This document shows positions 28,390-38,211 of a stretch of 64,000 nucleotides of DNA, in pieces. Origin of the DNA: a virus (Duplodnaviria > Caudoviricetes). The position numbers and the translations under genes were made by a program. Position 1 is the stretch's first letter, and each line of letters opens with the position of its first letter. The notes under the pieces are model-generated. The model was not told where the DNA came from. It did no database searches and worked only from the letters and a program-made list of their open reading frames with translations. Where the stretch lies: IMG/VR virus record IMGVR_UViG_2816332137_000001, positions 3,602-67,601 of that record; one strand, given 5' to 3'.

Positions 28390-29480
28390 TGGTATCAGTT
28401 AGCAATGTAGTTGAGGTTAATTTATCTCGACAAACCGCTGTTCCTAAACAAGAAACGTTTAACGTTCCTCTTATATTAGGTTTTAATAATTTACCTGCTT
28501 TTAACGATAAACTCGCATTAGAATTTTATGACCCAAGTGAGTTACTTGATCCTAGTATTGGATTTATTTCAGCAAGTAAAGAATATTTGATGGCACAACA
28601 GATTTTCATGCAAGAGCCATCAATTAAAAAATTTGTCGTTGGGAAAAGAAAAGTAAGCGTTGTAAATTCAACAGATGCTTCAAAATCTGTTTATAAAATT
28701 ACAGATGATATAGAAGAAATTATTAGAGCTAATAACAATTGGTATGCACTTTTTTTATCTGATTTTTCAGAAAAAGACGACTTGATGCCAGCTTGCAGAT
28801 GGATTGAAGCGAGTAAAAATAAAATTGCTTCTTTTAGATCTACTGATAAAACAATTTTAGATATTTCAAAAAATTCTGACATAGCAAATACTTTAGCAGC
28901 GGTTGGATTTAATCGATCAATATTGACTTATCACGCTACAAATAATGAATTTGTTGATGCTGCAATTTTAGGGAAGTTTTTATCAAAAGAAGCAGGAACG
29001 TATTGTCTTGCGCATAAGAATCTAAATGGGATAACAAGTCAAAATATTTTGGATAGAGAATTTAAAGCAATTCAAGGAGCTTCTTGTAATGTTTATACGG
29101 ATATTTTAAATACTCCCACATTTCAAGACGGTCGTGTATTAAATAAAGTCACTAATTTTATAGATAACACAATTGCAGAAGATTCTCTTAGAGCAAAGTT
29201 GCAGTCAAGAATTTTTGGGACACTTTCATTGGTAGACAAAGTTTCTTATGACAGTGACGGAATTTTAATAATTGAAAATCAAATAAGATCAGTATTAGAA
29301 GATTTTGAAAAGAAAAAAGCTATTCTTAAAGGTTGGGAAGTTCGGGTTCCGAAATTAGAAGAAATAATTAGAAAATATAAAGAAGACAGACAAAAAAGAG
29401 AATTAAATAACATTTGGTTTAATGCAACTATAAATGGAGCAATTCAAAAGGTTTCAGTAAATGGATTTATTTCTTACTAA
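28389..29480 (+). CDS. Tail sheath protein (DUF3383 type)
   Basis: VS.VV.V...R, K.L.G, G......FID.....D.L, GAI..V...G. Confidence 0.85.
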   Translation: MVSVSNVVEVNLSRQTAVPKQETFNVPLILGFNNLPAFNDKLALEFYDPSELLDPSIGFISASKEYLMAQQIFMQEPSIKKFVVGKRKVSVVNSTDASKSVYKITDDIEEIIRANNNWYALFLSDFSEKDDLMPACRWIEASKNKIASFRSTDKTILDISKNSDIANTLAAVGFNRSILTYHATNNEFVDAAILGKFLSKEAGTYCLAHKNLNGITSQNILDREFKAIQGASCNVYTDILNTPTFQDGRVLNKVTNFIDNTIAEDSLRAKLQSRIFGTLSLVDKVSYDSDGILIIENQIRSVLEDFEKKKAILKGWEVRVPKLEEIIRKYKEDRQKRELNNIWFNATINGAIQKVSVNGFISY

Positions 29481-29501
29481 TTAATATAGAAAGGTTTATT
29501 A

Positions 29502-29960
29502 ATGGCAATAGCAACGTACTCTCCAAAAGATGTAAAAGTCATCATAGGTATTGCGCCTATGATTGGTTTTGCAGATGGTAGCTTTGTAGATATTGAATTT
29601 AATGAAGAGGCTTTTAAACCATTTACGGGTGCAGATGGTAATCATGCACGCACAAAAAATGCAAATGAAAGTGGTAAAATCACCATAAAATTAAGTCAAA
29701 CATCTCCATGCAATGATATTTTATCCGTAATTCACAACGTGGATAGAGAAACAGGAAATGGCATTGTTCCAATTATTATCAAAGATAATTATGGGACAAC
29801 TTTAGTTGTTGGAGCAGAATGTTATATCGAAAAATCTCCCAAAATTGGTTACGGAAAAGAAATTGAAGCAAGAGAATGGGTTTTTTATGTAGCTAAATTA
29901 AAAATGCATCTTGGTGGAAATAATGTTTATGGGCAACTTTATGATGGGGGTAATAAATAA
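29502..29960 (+). CDS. Tail tube protein (DUF3277 type)
   Basis: TYSPKDV, GFADG, GADG, G.ITI.L.QTSP.N..L. Confidence 0.85.
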   Translation: MAIATYSPKDVKVIIGIAPMIGFADGSFVDIEFNEEAFKPFTGADGNHARTKNANESGKITIKLSQTSPCNDILSVIHNVDRETGNGIVPIIIKDNYGTTLVVGAECYIEKSPKIGYGKEIEAREWVFYVAKLKMHLGGNNVYGQLYDGGNK

Positions 29961-30493
29961 TGAGTAAAGATTTAGGAAAAGACTTGTTTACAGTAATTGA
30001 CTTAGATGGGTACGAATATGTTTGTTACTTATGGAACTCTGACAAAGCTGCAAGATGGGTAAGGAGATGTCAAGAAATATTTTTTAAACCCATTGCTGCT
30101 ACGATTGGAAAAAATATTTCAATTGAACAATTTTCTCCTGATGAGTTTGAATTAAAAAATATGCATTTAGATATCGAAAATGGTTTTAATTCATTTTTAA
30201 ACTCTGTTGATGAAGTAAAATATGTTCAATATTTAAAAGAATTATTTGCTGGAGTTGCTTACAAAAATAATTCAATAAATTTTGAAATGCATTTTAGAGG
30301 GAAAATGCTCCATATGCACAAACTCGCATACAAAATTATGGAGTTTCAATTGGCGGATTTTTTCGACGCCGTGAGAGGCGGCGCATCCAAATTCCTCTCT
30401 CAGACATCGAACAAAAAATCCAAGGACTCGACGGAGGAGAAATTGAATGGGGAGTCTGGCGACTGGTCGCAGGAAGACTTGGAAACCCAGTAG
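29960..30493 (+). CDS. Tail assembly chaperone (gpG-like)
   Basis: Between tube and tape measure genes. Confidence 0.8.
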   Translation: MSKDLGKDLFTVIDLDGYEYVCYLWNSDKAARWVRRCQEIFFKPIAATIGKNISIEQFSPDEFELKNMHLDIENGFNSFLNSVDEVKYVQYLKELFAGVAYKNNSINFEMHFRGKMLHMHKLAYKIMEFQLADFFDAVRGGASKFLSQTSNKKSKDSTEEKLNGESGDWSQEDLETQ

Positions 30494-30603
30494 AAATTAA
30501 AAATCAATGGTCCCTATATGATGTTGCAAACGCCCATGATTATCTGGATTTAGAACAAGAGCGACAATATCTAATGAATGAATACATGAAGAGTAAAAAA
30601 TGA
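30358..30603 (+). other. Programmed -1 frameshift extension (gpGT-like) starting at slippery site T_TTT_TTC
   Basis: The -1 frame is open from 30358 to TGA at 30601-30603 (FRRRERRRIQIP...WGVWRLV...WSLYDVANAHDYLD...); a GC hairpin follows the slip site. Confidence 0.75.
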
Positions 30604-33600
30604 CTATAATTCAAGATTTGCAGATTAAAATTGATTTTGTTTTAAACGAAAAGCAATTAGAAAATCTTGAAAAAATACTCCACAATATTAAAGCAGACTC
30701 TTTAAGCTTAGGAAAAAGCCATGAAGAGATAAATAAAAAGCTAAAAGAAACTGCTAATATTTATGCTAAGGAAATCTTTAGTAAAAGAGAAAATCTAAGC
30801 TTAAATAAAAAACTAAGCGACTCGCAGCATAAATTTAATGAGACAATCAAACAAACAAATAAGCTTATATCGTCTAGTAAAGATTTAACCAAAGACCAAT
30901 TAAAGCAATTTCAATTTAAAGCTCCAGTAGCTCCAAGAGCTTCTCGACAAAAAAAAGAAGTTATAGTTGAAGAAGTTAAAAAGGTAATAGAAGAGAAAGT
31001 TCAGCCTAAAGTTGAAAAAAAAAGAAGAACTTTACCTGATGCTAAACTAAGGATTCAGGAGCTTGAAAATAATCTTTACAGCGGATTTTTGAATAAAAGC
31101 TATGGCGTAACTCCAGCTTTTCTAAAAAATATTGAAAACCAAAAACCTAAAGATAATTCATTAAAACTCAATTTAGGAAGCAATTTAAACAAAAATATTA
31201 ATTCAGCCAATAATAGTGCAATGAATTTAAAATCAAATTTAAATTCATTGAATTCTGTTTTTTTAAATGCAACTAAAATTAAAGCTCCTCCGTCACAAAT
31301 TCCAATTCAAAATCCTGTACAAAATATTCCTATTGCTCCAAAAGTTCCCAATTTTGTATTAGAAAAAAATTCAGGAATTGTAAAAGATTTAAATTTAAAA
31401 ATAAATTTTGATTTAAATGACCAGCAATTAAAAGCGTTAGAAAATACTATTCACAATATTAAATCTGAATCATTAGGCTTAGGGCACAGTCATGAAGCTA
31501 TTAATAAAAGTATTCAAAAAAATGCGAATTTATATGCAATAGCAACTTTAGAAGCTGACAATAAGTTAAATCAATTAAGTAATTCAGATTATGAGTTTGC
31601 AGAAGCTTTAAAACAATCCAATTTAGGAATGTACGAAGATATTAAATTAAAAAGCATACAAGCTAAAGAAGGAAGTAAAGTTTATCAAATAAATAACAAG
31701 CTCATCGAGTCACAAAAAAGATATAATGACTTGAAAAGACAAGGAGCAAATTTTACTTCATTTTCTGACTTCTTAAAAAAAGAGGCTCTTGTTGAAAAAC
31801 AAATTCAAGATCAGAATAATAAAAATTTATTGAAAAAAATTATTCTATATAAAGATTTATCTACTCAGGTTGCAACCACTGGAAATAGAATAGCTCAATC
31901 TAATCAAACAATAAATAAGAGTTTATCTAGCGCAAATTATAGAATAAATAATTTTTCAGACAATCTAAGAAATTTTACTTCTCAATTAATGTTTGTAAAT
32001 CCTGCCACAATGTCTTTTGCATTTGCTTTGCAAGGCTTTGGGCAAATGTTTAAATCTCTTTCTGTTATTGCTCAAAATTCAACAGATATCGTTAAAAAAT
32101 CAATTGCAAGTTTGCAGCAAATTATTTTTGGATTGGGAGTTGCGGCTGCTGGAGCTGCTGGAAGTGTAGCTTATATTTCTCTATCAACCGCTAAATATGC
32201 TGAAGATATTAAAAAGAATTCTGAAATTATTGGTATGAGCGCAGACGAGTATCAGAGAATTTCATATGCTGCAAAAATTAGTGGAATAAATCAGCAAGAA
32301 ATGGCGAGTTCTATGTCTGGCTTATTTCAAGCTCTAAAATCAAATAAAGATGGAACTCTTTCTGAAGTTCAAGAGAGATTTATAAATCTTGGCGTTGCAT
32401 TAAAAAAGTCCAACGGCGAAGCAAGAAATGTTTCAGAAATTCTTAGTGATGTAGCAGATAAATTTTCAAAAATAGATTCACCAGTAAAACGAGCTACTCT
32501 TGCGGCGGAATTATTTGGTGAAGGCGGTAGAAAAATGCTGCCATTTTTAAGCGAAGGTTCAGAAAAATTAAGACAACTAGGAATTGAAGCTGAATTGACT
32601 GGAAATGTTTTGTCAGATGAGCAAGTAAGTAAATTAGTTATTTTGCAAAATAGTTATCGACGTTTAACTTCAATGTTGCATGGATTAAAACTTTCAATAG
32701 GCATGAGTTTAATTCCATTCATGAGCAATGTTATTCGTAGACTTTCGGATTGGTACGAAGCAAATGGCATGATTATTCGTCAAAATTTATCTGCATTTTT
32801 TAAAAATGTAGCTGATGGGCTTGGCCGATTCGCTCAATTAATAAGAAACACATATAACGTAATTACAGGGTTTGCAGAAAGCTTAAATAAGATAGGTATT
32901 TCACTTTCATTTATTGCAAAAATATTACTGCTTTTTGGAAGCTGGAAATTATTCGGAATTATTGGAAATATTTTATTAGGTAAATCAGCTACGGGATTTT
33001 TTGGTTTTTTAGCTTCCAAATTTAAATGGCTTTATGCAGTTATTTCAGGGCTTTTCACAAGCATAGCAACTTTTGCAACAACTTTAATAACTGTTTTTGG
33101 TTCAAGTGGTTTAACTGGTGTTTTAATATTTTTAGGTGATGTAATTCTAGGAATATTGGCAGCAATATTTACTGTACCTGTTTTAGTTGGACTTGCTGTG
33201 GCTGGAATATTTTTATTAATTCAAGATTTTTTAACATGGATGGAAGGTGGAGATTCTTTATTTAAAAGAATATTTGGAGATTGGGAACCTGCAAAAAAGA
33301 AGATCGAAGAATTTACAGATAAAGTTAAATTATTTTTTAAAAATATGTGGCTCGATATTAAAAATTTTTTCATTGACAAATTTATTAATCCAATAAAAGA
33401 ACATGGATTAGTTGGAATAGCAGAAGGATTTGTAAATCTTTTTCTAAAAATCTGTGAGATAGTATCAAAATTTACTTTATATTTATTAGATAAATTAATT
33501 GACTTGGGTTCCTATTTATTTGATTTTATAGCGAATAGTGCACCAAAATTATTCAGTTACATTTGCGATAAAATAAAAGAAATATGGAACTTTTTAAAGC

Positions 33601-34118
33601 CATATCTAAAAACTTTTTTTAATTGGCTAATATATTCTACTCTTGATGGATTTAAATTTGTTGGCGATAAAATATTTAATGCATTTTCAAAAATTGTTGA
33701 TGATATTAAGAAAATATTTTTAGGCTTATTTGATTGGCTTGGTAGTAAATTAAATAAAGGTTGGGATGCTTTTAATAATTTTTTGGGACTAAGTAATCCT
33801 TTTGGATTATCAAAAGGGAATTCTTATGTGATTAAAGCAATTAGAGATGAGAATGCTAAACTAAAAATAATTGAAGAAAAAGAACCTAGTAATAAAAACC
33901 TAGATAATTCTTTAGGGTTTTCTTCGGGAATACCAAGATTAAATAACAATATAAACAACACTAATAAAAATGTTAATTTTAATATTCAATCTCCTTTGAA
34001 TTTAAATGTATCTTCTAATTCAGATCCTCAAGAAATCGCTAGCATGGTTCAAAAAACATGGACTGAAAATTGGGAATATCAAATGCGAATTGCAAATGAT
34101 AATATTTATAGAGGTTAA
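30600..34118 (+). CDS. Tape measure protein
   Basis: 1172 aa, helical, A/G-rich core with hydrophobic segments; follows the chaperone. Confidence 0.9.
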   Translation: MTIIQDLQIKIDFVLNEKQLENLEKILHNIKADSLSLGKSHEEINKKLKETANIYAKEIFSKRENLSLNKKLSDSQHKFNETIKQTNKLISSSKDLTKDQLKQFQFKAPVAPRASRQKKEVIVEEVKKVIEEKVQPKVEKKRRTLPDAKLRIQELENNLYSGFLNKSYGVTPAFLKNIENQKPKDNSLKLNLGSNLNKNINSANNSAMNLKSNLNSLNSVFLNATKIKAPPSQIPIQNPVQNIPIAPKVPNFVLEKNSGIVKDLNLKINFDLNDQQLKALENTIHNIKSESLGLGHSHEAINKSIQKNANLYAIATLEADNKLNQLSNSDYEFAEALKQSNLGMYEDIKLKSIQAKEGSKVYQINNKLIESQKRYNDLKRQGANFTSFSDFLKKEALVEKQIQDQNNKNLLKKIILYKDLSTQVATTGNRIAQSNQTINKSLSSANYRINNFSDNLRNFTSQLMFVNPATMSFAFALQGFGQMFKSLSVIAQNSTDIVKKSIASLQQIIFGLGVAAAGAAGSVAYISLSTAKYAEDIKKNSEIIGMSADEYQRISYAAKISGINQQEMASSMSGLFQALKSNKDGTLSEVQERFINLGVALKKSNGEARNVSEILSDVADKFSKIDSPVKRATLAAELFGEGGRKMLPFLSEGSEKLRQLGIEAELTGNVLSDEQVSKLVILQNSYRRLTSMLHGLKLSIGMSLIPFMSNVIRRLSDWYEANGMIIRQNLSAFFKNVADGLGRFAQLIRNTYNVITGFAESLNKIGISLSFIAKILLLFGSWKLFGIIGNILLGKSATGFFGFLASKFKWLYAVISGLFTSIATFATTLITVFGSSGLTGVLIFLGDVILGILAAIFTVPVLVGLAVAGIFLLIQDFLTWMEGGDSLFKRIFGDWEPAKKKIEEFTDKVKLFFKNMWLDIKNFFIDKFINPIKEHGLVGIAEGFVNLFLKICEIVSKFTLYLLDKLIDLGSYLFDFIANSAPKLFSYICDKIKEIWNFLKPYLKTFFNWLIYSTLDGFKFVGDKIFNAFSKIVDDIKKIFLGLFDWLGSKLNKGWDAFNNFLGLSNPFGLSKGNSYVIKAIRDENAKLKIIEEKEPSNKNLDNSLGFSSGIPRLNNNINNTNKNVNFNIQSPLNLNVSSNSDPQEIASMVQKTWTENWEYQMRIANDNIYRG

Positions 34119-34123
34119 TTAAT

Positions 34124-34699
34124 ATGGGATTATTAAGCTTTTTCCAAAATGGTAAATCATGTTTGGCTTTTGATGATTTAGAAATTGATGTTTCTTTGTC
34201 AGAAACGCATACTTATGAATCAGATATTACTAAAAACCCTGTAGAAAAAGGCTCTCCGATATGCGATAATATTGTGCACAAACAACCAAAGGTTTCTATA
34301 AAAGGTTTATGTAGCCCATTAAAAATTGAATATTTAGGTGGAATAAAAGCTATGTCTGCTCAGTCTTTCGTTCAAAATAAATGGCAACAATTATTAAAAT
34401 TAAAACTTTCAGGTGAGAAAATTACATTATTTACAGGTCTTGACATTTATCCAGACATGATCATGACGACATTAAATAAAACAAGAGACTCATCTAATGT
34501 TAATCATCTTGAGTTTACTGCAAATTTTGAAAGAATAAAAATTGTTCCAGTTGAATATACATCTATGAAAATAAATATACCAAAATCCGCAAGCAAGACA
34601 AAAGTAAATTCTGCAAATAAAACTAATGCTGGATTACAAGATAAAAAGCCAGTGGATAACTCTTATTTAGATGCAGGACTAAAGTGGTTTGGTTTTTAA
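34124..34699 (+). CDS. Baseplate/tail-tube initiator protein
   Basis: D....E.H...S.IT.NPVE.G..I.D. Confidence 0.8.
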   Translation: MGLLSFFQNGKSCLAFDDLEIDVSLSETHTYESDITKNPVEKGSPICDNIVHKQPKVSIKGLCSPLKIEYLGGIKAMSAQSFVQNKWQQLLKLKLSGEKITLFTGLDIYPDMIMTTLNKTRDSSNVNHLEFTANFERIKIVPVEYTSMKINIPKSASKTKVNSANKTNAGLQDKKPVDNSYLDAGLKWFGF

Positions 34700-34742
34700 A
34701 TTATAATTATCATAATTATTAAAATTATATAAAAAAAATAAT

Positions 34743-34784
34743 TTAGACAGTCCGTTCTTTCCCTCCTATTAAAAATTTAGGAGG
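34743..34784 (+). promoter_or_regulatory. Late-type promoter motif with an RBS-sequestering hairpin
   Basis: TAGACA-17bp-TATTAA; CCTCCTA (34762-34768) pairs with TAGGAGG (34778-34784). Confidence 0.75.
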
Positions 34785-34794
34785 TTTTTTATTT

Positions 34795-35643
34795 ATGCAA
34801 CCAGCATTTAGTTATTATGGCGGCAAGTGCCGTATGGCAAAAGAGATTTTAAAATTGATACCCAATCACGTTACTTATGTAGAGCCGTTTTGTGGTTCTG
34901 CTGCGGTTCTATTTAAAAAAAATTACATAGAACCATCAAGTAAATATCAGGAGGTTATTAATGATAGAAATGGCTATTTAATTAATTTTTATCGTCAATT
35001 AAGAAATAACGGTGAACAGTTAATTGAGAAACTTGAACAAACTCTTTATTCAAAAGCCGAACATGAGCTTGCTATTAAAATTGCTAAGAATATTGATCAG
35101 TATTCTGAACTTGAAAGAGCATGGAGTTTTTATGTAAATATCCAACAGTCATTTTCTAGTTCTTTAAATAAAGTTTGGAATATTTCCAGATGTTCAAAAA
35201 ATATGTCATTCACTTGGGCAAATAAGTTAAAAAATTTAAGAGAAATTCATTCAAGGCTTTTAGAACTCACTATTGAAAATGAAGATGCAATTAAATGCAT
35301 TCAGAAATGGGATGATCATGGAGTCTTTTTTTATGTAGATCCTCCTTATATCAATACTGATTGCGGGCATTATAAAGGTTACACTGTAGAACAGTATAAA
35401 GAACTCATTTATACTTTAGATCACTGCAAAGGTTCTTTTATTTTGTCATCATATGAGAATGAATACTTGCCTAAAAAATGGAAAAAAGAATTTCATGAAT
35501 TGAAAGTCACATTTAATTCAAAAATAAAAGATAAGTCTCGGACAGAAGTTTTAAGCTTTGTAGATCGTTCTCGCTATATAAAAGATGAAAAAATCAAGGA
35601 AAGTTCTAAAAAATTTGGAGAGATATTAAGAGCTGCAAGTTAA
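34795..35643 (+). CDS. Orphan Dam-family N6-adenine DNA methyltransferase
   Basis: YYGGK, EPFCGSA (motif I), DPPY (motif IV). Confidence 0.92.
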   Translation: MQPAFSYYGGKCRMAKEILKLIPNHVTYVEPFCGSAAVLFKKNYIEPSSKYQEVINDRNGYLINFYRQLRNNGEQLIEKLEQTLYSKAEHELAIKIAKNIDQYSELERAWSFYVNIQQSFSSSLNKVWNISRCSKNMSFTWANKLKNLREIHSRLLELTIENEDAIKCIQKWDDHGVFFYVDPPYINTDCGHYKGYTVEQYKELIYTLDHCKGSFILSSYENEYLPKKWKKEFHELKVTFNSKIKDKSRTEVLSFVDRSRYIKDEKIKESSKKFGEILRAAS

Positions 35644-35646
35644 AAT

Positions 35647-35688
35647 TTAGACAGTCCGTTCTTCTCTTTTTAAAATAAAAAGAGGAGG
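35647..35688 (+). promoter_or_regulatory. Late-type promoter motif with an RBS-sequestering hairpin
   Basis: TAGACA-17bp-TAAAAT; CTCTTTTT pairs with AAAAAGAG next to GAGG. Confidence 0.75.
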
Positions 35689-35692
35689 TTTT

Positions 35693-36010
35693 ATGGCTTT
35701 ATTTGAAATCCCATTACTAAAATCTAAATATTATGAATTTTCGATACCTCTTGATGGAACTGTATTCAATTTTGAATTCTGCTGGAATGAAAGATCAGAA
35801 AGATTTTTTATCAGTCTTTATGACTCAGAAAAGAACTTAATTATTTCTAGCGTTCCTGCAGTTATAAAAATTCCACTTTTCTATGGAATAAAAGAGAAAA
35901 AACTACCAAATGGAAAACTATTTTTCATAGATACAACTAATTCATTAAAAAAATATATTTTCCAAGATTTTGGAACAAAAATAAAGCTTTTCTATGAAGG
36001 AAAAGGTTAA
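35693..36010 (+). CDS. Baseplate protein
   Basis: F.I.LDG..F.F.F.WN.R pattern; synteny. Confidence 0.75.
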   Translation: MALFEIPLLKSKYYEFSIPLDGTVFNFEFCWNERSERFFISLYDSEKNLIISSVPAVIKIPLFYGIKEKKLPNGKLFFIDTTNSLKKYIFQDFGTKIKLFYEGKG

Positions 36011-36840
36011 TGGAAAAGGAAATGCAATTTGAAAGGAATATTTCCATTATTGTCACTCCTTCTATTGGAGGAGAAGGTTTAATTTTTGAAAACTTTAGAA
36101 TTAATTTTGAAGTGCAAAAGAGTATTGAAAAAAAAGTACAAAACACAGCAAAAATTCAAATATACAACTTAGGAGATAATTCGTTTAATTTTATTAAACA
36201 AAATAATATGGCAGTAACAATTAAAGTCAGTCGGAAAGAACAAGCTTATAAGTTATTATTTTTTGGAAAAATCAATAGAGCTTCAAAAGAAAAAAAAGAT
36301 ACAGATTGGATTATAAAAATTGAATCAGGAGATTCTGGTAATGCATATAATTCAGCAAAATTAAGCAAATCATATCCAGAAAAAACTACTCATAATAATG
36401 TTTTTGATGATTTAAAAAATGAGTTATTAAAGGGAAATATTATAAAAGGAGTTAAGGGAGTTTTTGCTAGTGATAATTTATTTAATAATGGCTTTGCAGC
36501 GCATGGGAATGTTGGAAATATAATGGATAATATTTTAACTGCTAATAACTATGAATGGCAAATAAATAATGGAATTTTAGAAATACAGAAAAAGGGTAAT
36601 TCTTATCAAGTTATTAAATTAAGCTCAGAAAGCGGCTTAGTGGATTCTCCTGAAGTCACTGAAAATGGAATTAAGGTCACTTGTTTATTGCAACCTGAAA
36701 TTGCTCCGTTAAGGCAAGTTTATGTGGAAAGTCTTTACATTAAAAGCGTTTATATTCCTTCAAAAGTTACACATACAGGAGATAATTTAGAAGGTAAATT
36801 TCTAACAACATTCGAAACTGGTGAGAAGAAAAAGAAATGA
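36010..36840 (+). CDS. Baseplate hub protein
   Basis: A.IQIYNL, F.G.I, SGL..SPE, CLL.P. Confidence 0.8.
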   Translation: MEKEMQFERNISIIVTPSIGGEGLIFENFRINFEVQKSIEKKVQNTAKIQIYNLGDNSFNFIKQNNMAVTIKVSRKEQAYKLLFFGKINRASKEKKDTDWIIKIESGDSGNAYNSAKLSKSYPEKTTHNNVFDDLKNELLKGNIIKGVKGVFASDNLFNNGFAAHGNVGNIMDNILTANNYEWQINNGILEIQKKGNSYQVIKLSSESGLVDSPEVTENGIKVTCLLQPEIAPLRQVYVESLYIKSVYIPSKVTHTGDNLEGKFLTTFETGEKKKK

Positions 36841-37610
36841 GTACCCCATCATTTTACCAAATTATTTATGATGCAATTGATTCTAATATTAAAAAAATCC
36901 ACACTGCAATGCCTGCTATAGTAAAATCCTATGATGAAAAACTTCAAAAAATATCTGTACAACCATGTTTTATGGATAAAGAAATTGATGTAATTACAGG
37001 TTTAGAAATTCCTAGACCGTTGCCAGTTATTCAATCTGTCCCTGTTTTGTTTCCAAGAACAAAATTGTCTTACATTCACTTTCCAATTGATATAGGTGAT
37101 TATGTTTTATTAATTTTTTTAGAAAGAAGTATTGATAATTACACACAAACAGGAGGTCTTGTTGAATCTGATAGTAACTATAAACATGAATTATCCGATT
37201 GTGTAGCATTAGCTGGATTTTATCCATTTTCTCAGCCAATGCTTGGAGTTAATAAAAAAGCTTTGCAAATAGTAAATAGTTTATCAGAAATTAAGCTAAC
37301 TGACGATGGCAAAATATATTTATCAAATCGTGGAGCTGTTTCTACAGAAGCGAAACTTCCAGATGAACCTTTGGTTTTAGGAAATATTTTAGTTGAATTT
37401 GCAAATAAATTAATAGAATCAATTGATAAAATTGCAGATGCTTTACAAAAAAATATAGGGGTTGGAAATCTAGGAGCCCCTGTTACTGCCTCTCCATCAT
37501 TAATTACTGAATTAAAAAAAATACAAATTGACTTAAAAGAGAACAAAATTATTTATCTAGATAATAATGAGACAAATATAAATTCTAATCATTTTTTTGG
37601 AGAAAAATAA
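36837..37610 (+). CDS. Baseplate spike/puncturing protein (Gp138-like)
   Basis: T.MPA.V..YD, VPV.FP, GD..LLIF.ERSID, H.LSD. Confidence 0.85.
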   Translation: MSTPSFYQIIYDAIDSNIKKIHTAMPAIVKSYDEKLQKISVQPCFMDKEIDVITGLEIPRPLPVIQSVPVLFPRTKLSYIHFPIDIGDYVLLIFLERSIDNYTQTGGLVESDSNYKHELSDCVALAGFYPFSQPMLGVNKKALQIVNSLSEIKLTDDGKIYLSNRGAVSTEAKLPDEPLVLGNILVEFANKLIESIDKIADALQKNIGVGNLGAPVTASPSLITELKKIQIDLKENKIIYLDNNETNINSNHFFGEK

Positions 37611-37837
37611 TGTCTTATACAATTGATGCAGGAAAAGCAATTTATTTAAAAAACTTAAAAAATTCACTAAATATGACTGACTCGGATGCAAATCAAGAAA
37701 TTTTAAATAAACAAGCTGAAGCTTTTGCTAAATCAATAGAAGAAATTTTGCCTTTAATTTTAGTTACAATTAATGGCACTGGTTTGGCAAATCCAGCTGG
37801 CGATGTAAAAGGCATTGCTATGGGTAAATTGTCATGA
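37610..37837 (+). CDS. Small baseplate/spike-tip-associated protein
   Basis: Coupled to the spike gene. Confidence 0.55.
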   Translation: MSYTIDAGKAIYLKNLKNSLNMTDSDANQEILNKQAEAFAKSIEEILPLILVTINGTGLANPAGDVKGIAMGKLS

Positions 37838-38211
37838 TCGATTTAAAATTAGATGAAGAAAATGATTTGATAATTAATCATACAGGTGATTTTGAGCTAA
37901 TAAATAATGAAAAAGAATATTACAAGCAAAAAATAAAATTAGAATTAAATACATTTTATAGCGAGTGGTTTTTAGATTCTGAAGTAGGTCTTGCTTGGCA
38001 TGAGATGTTAGGAAATAAAGATTTTGATGAAGCAAAACTAAATCTATATTTAAAGAAAAAAATTGAGGAAATCGATGGTGTGAAAGAAGTTGAAATAATT
38101 AGTTCAGATTTAAATAGAGAAAAAAGACAATGTAATTTAAGTTTAAAAATAAAATCAAAAAATGAGATTATTAAATTAAACAATATTAAATCAGGTAATA
38201 AAAATGGATAA
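37834..38211 (+). CDS. Baseplate wedge protein (gp25/W-like)
   Basis: EWFLD...G..W. Confidence 0.75.
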   Translation: MIDLKLDEENDLIINHTGDFELINNEKEYYKQKIKLELNTFYSEWFLDSEVGLAWHEMLGNKDFDEAKLNLYLKKKIEEIDGVKEVEIISSDLNREKRQCNLSLKIKSKNEIIKLNNIKSGNKNG

